DNA of 64,000 nt from Thalia democratica (lineage: Eukaryota): contig OZ241827.1 in the NCBI GenBank assembly GCA_965202585.1, positions 26,784,001 to 26,848,000 of the forward strand, written 5' to 3'. Below the pieces are notes generated by a model that was not told where the DNA came from, did no database searches, and saw only the letters and a list, made by a program, of their open reading frames with translations. This document shows positions 13,901 through 25,900 of the stretch, piece by piece; positions within the stretch are counted from its first letter, which is position 1, and every line of letters starts with the position of its first letter. Position numbers and translations under genes: made by a program.

Positions 13901-16900
13901 TTTATCTTGTGAAATAGAAAGCTGATAAGCAGTAAGTTATTAAAAATGTTTCTTATCAGACCATTTTCAACAAAACTTCATCAAACTTGTTCAAAATTCT
14001 TGTTCTATAAATACCTCGTAATATTTTATTCCATTAATAATACACATTCTTTAGTAGGAGTTTATTGTTTGAAATTAATGCGTATATCTAATGTGAAACT
14101 TTCTTTTTCCATTTTATTAAGACTAAAATTTCTCAAAATTTTTAACAATTACCTAATAACGTTATCTATATTATAAGCCTATACTAAAATATCTTAGAAC
14201 TAAAAATGTAAAAGTGTTAAGTATTTAAAAACTATTTGAAACTATATTAACCTAATTCAATTATTTTAAGCACAGCTGAGTTTTGTTATACAGTAAAATA
14301 TTTTCTAGTTACATTATTTATTAAACCTTAAGTGTTTGTTTTTTAGTTTGTATAGTTTGTGTAAATTGGTATAATTCTGTTTATACATTTCCTAAATTGT
14401 AATATTTTAATTTGCCTTCAAAATAATAAAAACTTTGTATTTAAATAATGTATTGTTTAATATTCATTTTAGCAACATTAATGTTTTTTTCCTGTTTAAT
14501 TTAAAAACATTAAATCCTATTATGGTTTATAAGTTTTATATTTAAATTAATCTCTGTCAAAAACTTTAAAAGTCTGTTTAGTTTTTATTAAAAATATACA
14601 ATATGTACTTATGATTGTTATTAGGTAATATAGTTAAAAAAAGACAATCTTATTAGTTTGATCACTTTTTTTGGGTACTCAGTTTAATTTAAAGTAATGA
14701 TAAATTACAATAATTAAATTTTCTAAGTTCTTGTTTTAGATATATTCCAGTGTAACAATATTAGCTTAGCTTTTAAGCTAAGTTCAATTAAGTATTTTAA
14801 AAATCAGACTTTTAAAAAAGAAATACTGTTGTTTAAGCTATTTTGTACATCTAAACTTATCTCATGCTGATTTTTTTATTAAATTTCTTTCTTAAATAAA
14901 TATTCTAAATTAAATAATTTCGTCTAAATCAATTAAAATAGTAAGTTTTGGAATATTTCGATTAATCATCATATTTGTTTGTTAAGAAACTGTCTTTATC
15001 TTATTAATCCATCTTTATTTCTATACTTTTTAATATACAACAACTTAATTAGGTTTTCAAAACTTTGTTCTTACTACGTCACGACTAGCAAATGCCTTGT
15101 GTTATGACGTCATAACAATCACACGAGGCCACGTTGCGCTAAGCTGCGGTTTCTGATAAAAGGCCACTGCTACAAGACTACTGCTGTCTAACTAATTGTT
15201 TTGTTTATTACGAATTGATAAGTTGATTGTGCTCAAAAGTAGTCTTAAAAAGCCACATTATTCAGTGTAGTTGTCTATAATACTTTAAATTTGATCTGGA
15301 TTAAAGAGTATTACGACGTCTCGACATAAATCATATATTTATATAGTTTCTTAGTCAGTGGGATATCTCAAAAATTTGTTTTGATTATTGATTTTGTGTA
15401 CTATATACTTCTGAGCAATTTAATTTAAATGTTTTATTTTAGTAGTATTTTAGTAATTTTGTTTTTAGTTACACATAATTCTTTACAGATTTATATATTT
15501 TTCTAACTTGGTATAAATTTATTCTCAAGGAATCATAATTGTGTATATTTAAATTAACTTACATAACAGTGTCTAAAAAGTATGTCATATCAGTGTTTAA
15601 AAAGTAAGCTAATAACCTTCAAACAAGATTTTTAATCTAACTACAATTCTAATAAAACTAATAAAATCACTTTGATGTTCATACAACTTATGCATAAATA
15701 TTCAACACGTTTGCATTGATATTTTTTGTTGTTGATCTTTCAAAATATGCTTTCTACAGACGCTCAAACTTTAAACTTCGATTTGATCAAGTTAGAATGC
15801 AGTGATGAAAGGAGGAAAGATGATGTAGAGTACAAGCTGATCTCAAATGATGCCCAGCTAGCTTGCAACTTGATGATTTCTTTGGCTGGTAAAACCGTAT
15901 CTGTCAGTGGTAAGTATGTTAAATTGAAATTTATTATAATTAACAAAAAACTAATTAATCCAAACACATATTTTAATTGTTATTTGAATTCTACTAAGTG
16001 AGTTATGTTTTTCTGAGTAATAAGCGTTTGTAAAATACATATACACTAAATTTAATAGATTTATATGAGCTAGAAATAAATTTTATACTGATATTTTATG
16101 ACTTAAAAACACCAAAGTCCTCTTTAAATAAGTATAAATAAAAAATTAAAATTTAGCATGTATAAAGTTGACTTTCGTTGTTGTATAAAAGTGTGGTGTC
16201 AATGATGTTATGTAATTTTTATTGATATGTTGGCAAGCAGTACAAAAAAAAGTTATATCTTTCTTATCACTGATTTGTGCTGTAACTACTGGCGTTGTTG
16301 CTTTATCTGAGGTTTGGTATTTTTCAATATATAGTTATGTATATGAAATTTTGTTATAATGACTTGTCTTTTTTTTAACGCCTAATTATTAAAAAATAAC
16401 GGTTTCAAATGTTTTACTTAAATAGTTTACTACTTTTTGGGTTCAAACAATTTTTTATAATAACTAAAATAACTTCTAACTATTAGGGTGACTAAATTTT
16501 AAGTGCACCGAATAAATTGTGTAAAATATTATTATCTTGTTTGCACACCAGAGGCGTGTTTTGACTGGTTTCCTGTTTCCTGTGAACCCCATGAAAAAAA
16601 AAAGAAAAGGAAAAGGAAAAAAAAGATTCCTAGAATATCACTAAACACGTTGTTTGTTGACTTTGTTTTGGTTATTTGATAAACTTTGAAAAATGAATGT
16701 TGAATTTATGACACTGAAAGATAAAAAAGTTTCCTTAACAAAATATGCTCCTTTTTGCCCAGCTGAAATAGATTTCAAATAAAATTTTAATTGTAACGTC
16801 ATAATAGGTAAAAGTTTTAAAGTAGCATTTTTTTTCTAGGAAACTTTTTACTAAGATGCTTTTAGTTCCCACTATAACTTGTTACTTAGTATAACTAACT

Positions 16901-19900
16901 TTTGATACAGTATTGTTTTTGAACTAGTAAGTACAATTTTACTTAAAAAATGTTCAATATAATCACTAAAGTTTTATTTTACCAAGTTGGTTGTATATAA
17001 TAATGTTGTGTAAAGCTTTTGTACTTTAAAATTTATATTTTTATATTTAAGTTGTTTTATTTTTGTATATCTGTTGGCCACAAAGTTGGTTCTTGATTTA
17101 TTGAAATTTTTAACTCAGAGAGACTACAAAATCATTATTAGAATTCCTGCACCATCAGGCAAACATTTAATTATATTTTAAAGATATTTTAATTTAGTTG
17201 TAATAGTCTAAACATTTTTTGGTAATTATTTGGAATGATGTCGCACCAATATCAAGCTGAAATTATGTTGTGTTTAATATCTTTTTGAACCATAATTTTA
17301 GGCTTAAATTCAATATTTTAAGCCTTATATGATTGATCTAAAATTGTTCTTCGTATTAAGCATGCTATATAAATACATAGTTAGAATTAAATTCATTTGT
17401 TTTAAACTAAAATAGTTAATTGATTTTGTTTTACAGTATAGGAATGTTTATAAGTTATTGTATCATTTGCTTTATTTTAAAAATAAAAGAAATTAAATAT
17501 ACAAGTTTTATTGGTTTATGATAAATAACTTTTATTTATGTATTTATAAAACATATTTTTTAAGCCTATAATTATGGTAGGGTAACAACATTGAGTTTAA
17601 TATAATTTCAGCTTAATATTGGTGCGACATCATTCTAGGTATTACCCATTTTTTTAGTGAAACCTCAATTATTATAGATTAAAGTACTTGAAAAAATGTT
17701 TTTATTATAAATAAATATTTTTCCGGCTTTTTAATTTTAATTTATCTAAATTTAATACAGTATAATAAATAAAAATATATAATATTTTTCCATTACTACT
17801 TTACCATTTCCATTACTATGTTTTTTTTTTTTTTAAGCTAAAAAAAAAATTTAAACACAGAGTTTTTCCGCTAAAAATTGCGCATTTAACTGGTAGTGCA
17901 TACCTAAGAAATACGTACTAAAGCGGGAAATAAAGAACAAAAAAAATTGTGAACCCCTTTTGAAAAAAGTCTAGACACGCCCCTGATGCACACTACTAGT
18001 AAACTACAAGTTTAGCTTTTACTTTAGTAAATATTTGTTTGTAACATATATTTTAATTAATACTTAAGACTTAGATTTAAAGTAGTTATCTAAATTGCGT
18101 TTTAAACTTAGGTATGCTGATAAACTAATAATTTCTATAAAGTTTTTTTTAATGAATTACAGTTTTAATAATTTAAAAAAGATCCGTTAGGTGTAGTACT
18201 TACCACATATTACAAATTTTATAAAAACTTTGATATTTTTGATTAAACATTATCAATCTATAAAGAAACTTTACTTTGCAAAAAATACTTAAGAAAAAAA
18301 AAAACATTTTGCAAGTTTATCACAAATTAAGTAAACACTTTTTTTTACTTTGCACGAAAACTTTTGCAAGTTATGAAAATGTTTACAAAGTAAATCTATA
18401 TTAAATCGTATATGTAAAACCTTTATTTTTTAACAATATCAAATTAGTTTTGTAATAATTTTAATAATAAAATAACTAAATTGTATTAAGAATAGAATCT
18501 AAGCATTTAACATACTTAATTATCTTGTTTTTCGTTATATTTTCTGCAGTATTCTATGCACAGGTTGTAAATTTGACATCTACAGTAGTATAAGGTTAAG
18601 CATTTATTCACTTGATTGAAAACTAATTGATATAAAGTTAAACTGTCTTAAATACTAAAATAAATTAAGATAGAATATTTCTTTTTTTTAAATTGAATAT
18701 GTGTAAAAGTTATTTAAGAACCAGATTTATACCATAGTTAATGATATATTTATTACTCATTCGATTTTATAATGAACAATTTAAAAATAATGCTTTCAAC
18801 TAAAGTGTGCAGTTCTTTCTTAAGCTTAAGAAAAAGATATAATGCAAAACAGTTACTAAAAATAAGTGCTTATTTTGTTCATTTAAGCAATGAAAACTTT
18901 TTACAGTGTTTAAACTAAAAAAGTTTGTGTCAATAATCGCATCTTTTTCTCAAATTACAAATTACTTCATATATAGAAATATAGGAATTATAGATTTTTT
19001 TGCTAGTTTTCAATGTTAGTATATTTACCTAGAATTATTGTTAAACTGTAATGTGTAACCTGCATACAATACAATATTGTTTATTACAACGGAAATTGAT
19101 AAAAAACTTTGATAAGCATGCTTTAATTATATGTTGTATATGTATTGTGGTTTGTAAGCACATGGTGTTTGCATGAATAGTTCAAAAACTTAACGCTTAG
19201 TTTGATTTATTTGAAATTTTAATCTTTTAGTCTAAATAATTTAAGTCTTAAAAACGTTAAAGACGTTAAAGCTATAAAAAAGTTTTATGTTATTAAATTA
19301 AATAGTTTTTCTTAGTTTTCCCAAAATTCTACCGTTAGGTTTTGCTAGTGAGCTTAGATGAAAATTGTAAATACACAAATGAAATTTCAATTTGTTACGT
19401 ACCAGCATAAGTGGAAAGTTCAATCCATGTCATTTATTGTGAAAAAAAAACATTTTTCATGCAGCTTTCAGTTTGTGACAACTGAAAACAAATTTTGTTG
19501 TTTGTCAGACTGATGTTTTTGCTAACAATTTTGGAAGGTCTTAGATTTTGTGAAACACGTCGATAATTTGTGTTTATATGTACGCACACGCTAAAAGCAT
19601 TTTTGTACAGAACTTTTCTTTGGAATGGTGCTCCAAATGAAGTCTAAATGTTTTGCTTTGAATTTTGTATTTGTAAAGTGTATTAATTGATAAATAAAAA
19701 TCTCTGTAGTTTAAAAAAAATACTTTAAATTATCAAAATAAAACTGTTGCAACAAACAGTAAATAACAACAATCAGATAATGTTAATGACACAAATTAAT
19801 CTTTTTTGCAGCCAGTTTTTTGTAAGTTTTTGTTTTTAAACTGTTTCTCAAGGTAAAGCAACAACTTAAATTTGATAAACGAAACTAAAATAGCAAAGGT

Positions 19901-22900
19901 ATCATTGCGAAAACAAAAAACGATACAGCAGCAATTTGAATTCAGAAACAAACAACCACCCAAAAAATAAAACTTCTATATTATATTTCATCTGCTTGCT
20001 TACGTGTGTGTTTGCTCTTGTTTGTTTACATTCCCACGTTGCACCAAAGGCCATTATGACGTCATACAAAACTTGAACGCTCATCTGAGGAAAGGCGACC
20101 GACTCTAAGCTGCTTAGCGAAAAGGGCTTGGCCGGCCTGTGCATGTTTTCGAGTTGTGTTTATCTTTTTTGTTCTTGTAGAACATCAATATACCTGGCTG
20201 TGTTTTTGTTGATCGCGTTTGCGCGGAAGGCAGACAAAACAAACAAATTTTAAGCTGACGCACCCACTATAATTGCAATAACCATTTTTTAGTTTTCATC
20301 ACCATTATTGATAATATAATATGCCAAAAAATGAGTGAAGTAAAAAACAAGGATCTTAAAAAAAACTGGTGTTTATAATAAAAGGTGCCGAAATTTAGTT
20401 ACGAAACTACATAGCTTGCCATAGAAGCATTTTTGAATAATTGCATACTTAGTTAGATCGTCATATATATCATTATATTATAAAAGTACTGTGTCTTTTC
20501 GTCTAGATTTCACTCACTTCAATTTAACACAACTATTAAATATACTTATTTCGAACGCACAAATAAAAAACCAAACATATATATTTTTTATATTAATGAC
20601 GCAACCACCGAAAAGTAGACAAATTTAAATACTTAAAAATGTTTTAGACTCTAGAGAAAGGTCTTGCGTGGAAAAAGCGTCGAAAATTTCGACAAACCCT
20701 CAAAGTAAAGCTCAGGAAAAATCAGCTAATTTTATCCTCGGAAGCTCGGATTCGAGCGACGAAGAGTCGAGTTTTCGCCCTCCGAACACTTTTAACTACC
20801 CTCCGCCGAGGAAAAAGAAGTGTCTCCACCCGTCCTACTCCACGCCAAGTACGTTAAAAAAAGTCGAATGGTTTGTCGTGTTTTAGATCGAATCAGCTAG
20901 TTTTGCATCAGTTGTGCACAAATCATTAATTCTCTTGTTTCAATTTACAAAATGATTTATGTTGCATCGTTGTAGGCATAATTCATCGTTTTGAAATCAA
21001 AAACAATTAGATTTTTTTGTGTAATCTTTAGAATCAACATCATCGTAATTCATGTGTGTTGAAAAAAGTTGTTTGCTTGCCTGCAGATTTTCAGCTCATC
21101 AGCAGCTTATCGTGTGCAATTATTTTGTCGTTGCTGCTCCGCACACAAATGTTTGTTTTGTAGTACGTGATTGACCTGACGAGCTGTCTCATGATCACCG
21201 CTTGTTTATTCAAAACCAAGTTTCAACAAAAAATCTCCTGCAATTTCCACTCACAGAAAAAAAAACGCAAAGCGCAAATTCCAAACTTTTGGCGAGCGAA
21301 CGAGAGCGTAACGAAAGTTTAACGGAAAATCAGCCAAACAGCTTGTTTGTCAACCCCCCCCCCCCCCCCCCCCCCCCACACCACTGCCAAGCAAATACAC
21401 TGCCATTGTTTGATGACGTGCGCTCTTTCCAACGCGTGACGTAACGGAAAATTTCCACACAACAATCGGACCAATTGTTTTGCGAGCACACAAGCTGGAT
21501 GAGTTTCCCTTTTATTCGACGTTTTTTTTCAGCTCAGTTTTAACAAAAAACAACTTCGCGCGTGTGAGCGATGATGAATTCCAAGGCAATTTCGCGCTGC
21601 TGTTCAAATGTTTCGTTTTTTTGTTTCAGCCTCCTTCTGCGGCTTTCTGGCCCCTTTTCACTGGTTTTAGCCCGTGACATGCTTTTTTGACTTAGCGGTG
21701 TGGAAACGGGGGCTTTAGAATTTTCCAGTTAAAATAATCTGAGTTGAAATTTTGAATTTTTGCGGCTATCACGTGAGCTTGCAGTTGAATGTTGAATTTC
21801 GAAAGAAATAATTTATCATTTTAAAACTATTGTAAATTTTTTAATGTTAGTTCACTGTTTTTGCGCTTTATCTTATTAATTTAAAGTAATAAAATATTTA
21901 AAAATATATATATAACATTGATTGTTGCACTGCTGAAATTAATCAACTTGAATCGAGTGTTGAAGTATAAACAAAATATTAATGCACTTATAACGTTTAA
22001 CAAGGGTTTTATTGTGTTTACAATAAAAACAATAACAAAGATTAAGTCTCAAGACTGAAATGCTTTTAAAGTTAAAAGTGCTGTAAAAGTTTGTCGTTAA
22101 ATTAAAGCTTGAAGTTATTTTAGCCCTCAACGTACTAATAGTTCATGTTTGTATGCATATAATATCAAAAAAGCCTGCATATTTCAGCGTTGATAAAGTT
22201 TTGTGGTCGCTTGAAAAGCAAAAAGCCTTAGACACGAAAACCACAGCTTACATCATTAAAAATCCCACATCGCTGCGAGTCCCTTTGCAGAATTAGATAT
22301 TAGCTTTCAGCATCGCGCCAGAGGATGGAATGAATATCTGATGCCCTTTGTGTTGTGGAATGTGTTTGGAAGGCGTCATTAACGCGCTGTTTGTTTTACA
22401 TGCAGTTTTTTCATGCATTTTTATCGCGGTCGCTCGTTGCTGCTGCAACTGAAATTTTTTCACATCACGTCACATCGCGTTGTGCCTTTCCTGCGGTTTG
22501 TAATTGCCTCCTTTCATACGTCACAATCAAACATGTCGTGTTTTTCTTGCTCTCCACTGCGCTGTTGCAATACACACAGGCTTTTTGTGTTTTTGGTGGT
22601 TTGCAAAATTTCTGTGTTGAGTTTTGTACAACCGAGCTTGCAAGCTCTTTCCCTTTTGGTTTGTTCTTTATTAGAGTTGGAGGCGCCTACCTCAAGGCTC
22701 AGGCAATAAACGCAGCATGAAGTGGCGACACGACCGCAACAACTTTCTGTTTCAACTTGAAATTCGCTCTCAATTTTCATTTTGCGAACTTCGCATTTGA
22801 ACTGCTTAATTTGGTAAACTTCGTTGCGAGGTTTTAACTTTTGCACATTAATGCGACGCTACTCCCACACTTTAAACAGACGAACCGAAGTAAATTTGTT

Positions 22901-25900
22901 ATCATTTTTTTTCGGTACTTGATATTAAGACTCTTTGTAGTCTTTTTTCTTCGCAAGGCGCAATTAAATTAAAAGCTGCGATTTTATCGTGAATATTAAT
23001 AATGCCAGAGAAATGACATTTTACAAGCGCAAATGTTTACGGTGTAACTATCGTGCAAATTAAACACAAACAAACTTGTAATTACTGTAGTCTAACAAAC
23101 ACGAGATAAAATTAAACTTCAAAGGTTTTATTTGAGAAAGTTCTTTAATACCGGTGACCCTTTTATAACCTTCCATCATTTTTTGCTTTCGCTTAAAGTT
23201 TATTTTTACTACTTGTTACCTCAATTTTAATTAGGCACGGTGGCTTAAGTACAAGATAGTATATACGCTTTTCTTGATGTATTTACATATACCATTTTGT
23301 TTTCCTCGAAAATAGTCTTTCTTGAACTTTACATGTGTTATACTATATCAATTTATAAAACATGTTAAAATTTATATATAGTTTGTCCTCTTTTCTTGTT
23401 TTAACAAGTAGTGTTTTACTTTTGTAAAAAAAATCAAAGACACACACCATATATCATGCTATAAAATTTTACTTAAATTATAACTTGTATAAAACAATAT
23501 ATTTTATAAACTCTCCTACACTATTCAAATAAGTTGAAAGTTTCATGACTCATTTGTTCAAATTTTCATTATGACCTCATATTCGAACATACTTATGCAG
23601 CCATCGCTGATCTGAGGCGCAATGATGACCGTCATGCCTTCTTACGTCACAAACGCTTTTCGATCAACACAACACTGAGCTCTACGTAAAGAGGCGGCGG
23701 GATTGTGATGTCATAATCAGAACAAAGTCGTGACAGCTCTCGAGGCGCAGGTGTTCCTGAAAAGCTGACAAAGGAGCTTTAAGGTCACCTGCGCCGAGAA
23801 AATCGATGAGCCTGTGTCTGTCGTCGCGTTTCGAAAAGCTTTTAGCTTAAAATCTTCTTTTTTTTTCTATCAAGAGCTTCCTTCCATGCATCAGATTAGG
23901 CGGAGATTTCGCACGACCCGAAAGCGCACCTGTACGTGCAACGGTATCTCTCAGCTGCGATAAGCAACGCGCTCAATTACCAGCATTACCCGGCTATGTG
24001 TCGCGTTTTTGTGTGTATTCTTGTGTGCGACAGATGCTTGCGGGATTGATAGCGGACTTATCGAGGTCCAATTAGACTCGGCTGGCTGTCTTGCCGGTTG
24101 CAAAGTTGAACCCGCGCCGTTTCGATATTAAAAATTGCTGTAAGACTGATGGATGCTCGAAATAAAACTGAAAATAATATTCACAGCTGAAGCAGATTAA
24201 CGGCTTAATCGAAACTTAGTGTTTTTATTTTATTTTTTACCCCTTTATCTTAAAATGTAAATATTAGTTTTAAAGATTACATGCACAATGCCGTTAACTT
24301 ATAAAGTTTATTATTTATTTAGATTTGTGCTTAAATTTTATGATAGTTTTAGTTGAATTAGAGTGCAATTTAATTTCTTCGTTTTATTACAGTAATTAGC
24401 CTTAAAATGGATATTGCTCAATTAGTTAGGTTCTTAGAAATTAATTTTTAACGGCTGCTTTTGTAATGTTGAAGTTATTTAGCAAAATCATACTTACGTT
24501 TTACGAATACACAAACAAATAGTTTCAAATGTTTAATATGTTTTAAAATCATTAAAGTATATTGTTGTATTATCAGTTATCCCATAGCTTTAAGTACCTA
24601 TAATAAGTATTTATTATTACAACTCAAACCCTTACATTCAATTAATCGGATAAAATTATCTCTTTGCTTTCAAAGCGGTGTTTCATTATTTTATCTAAAA
24701 ATTATTAAATGAATTAATCCATCAAACAAATTAGCTTATATCATTACAAATAATATAAGTTCATTCTCAATCAAAAAAGTAAAATAGTTTGTTAAGTAAA
24801 TTTTGAATTTACTTTACAGTATGTTTAGTACGAAAATTCTTAAGTAACCTTACTTTTAGTGTGTAAACTTAGATAAGCCTGCTTTAAACTTAATTGCATT
24901 AGTAACATTTTGATTGCTGCAAAATCAATTTGCAAAAAATTTAACAATTAATTACGAGTTACGTCGTAACTCGTGATATCTACTATATAAAGCACTGCAT
25001 GAAATCGACGTATATTAAACTTGAACATGACCATATCCTTGTTACGTCATAAGCCATTTACCTCATAGATTGAGAAATACGAAAAACACGCTATTAACAA
25101 AAAATTAATCGTGACGAAACACTTTCAATGCTGCCTAAAAACTCTTGCTTTTTATGCTTTCACGATTTTGCTTCTCTGTATGACGTTGCTTAACGTTTCT
25201 AAATTACGTAATAAGTAGAATTCAACTGCGATATATATATTTCAGAAGTTTTTGAGTTTAAGTTTTTTTAAATGTTAGTAATTTATTTTTAACTGACTTT
25301 TACAAAAAAACCTGAATTATATATACGATTTGACAACTAAATACCAAAACTGCACAAAACACCTTTGCTTTATAAAATTTTCTTTTTTGAATATCTACCA
25401 TAATATTTTTTTTCTGAACCGTCTTATAAATTGATTTTTGTTATAGATTTACAGATTTAAATTAAAGTTTAATAATTTTGTTAGATTCCTTTTCTTTTTT
25501 TAATGTTGTTCTTGTATATCTCCTAATATTATTTTTTTGGTTCATAATCAAAATTGAATTATCCTATGTATATATATTTTACAGGTTTAAATTGATATTA
25601 AATAATTATTTTAGATTTAAAAAGTCGAATTGAAATAACGGAGCTTGCAAGCGAAGATTCAGAATCAGTCACTAAAAAAGGTAAGTTTTCTGAATCATTT
25701 ACTTAAATGACGTTATAAGATATTTAAAAATAGAAGTCACAAGGCAAATAAGTTATCTTTTATTCGGTTTAATTTTAAGTCGGACAACTCTAAAAATTTT
25801 AGAAACTATTTATAAAATTAGTCTGCAAGATCTGTTTGACATTTAGTTCTAATATTACTAGAATTATTTTCATTAAAATCTAAATTTTTAAGTTTCACGT

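Noticed and set aside
22355-22846. Three overlapping 98-121 aa ORFs on both strands
   Set aside because: Cys/Phe/Leu-rich composition, near-cognate starts and no splice or phase link to gene A; best explained as a GC-richer regulatory island.
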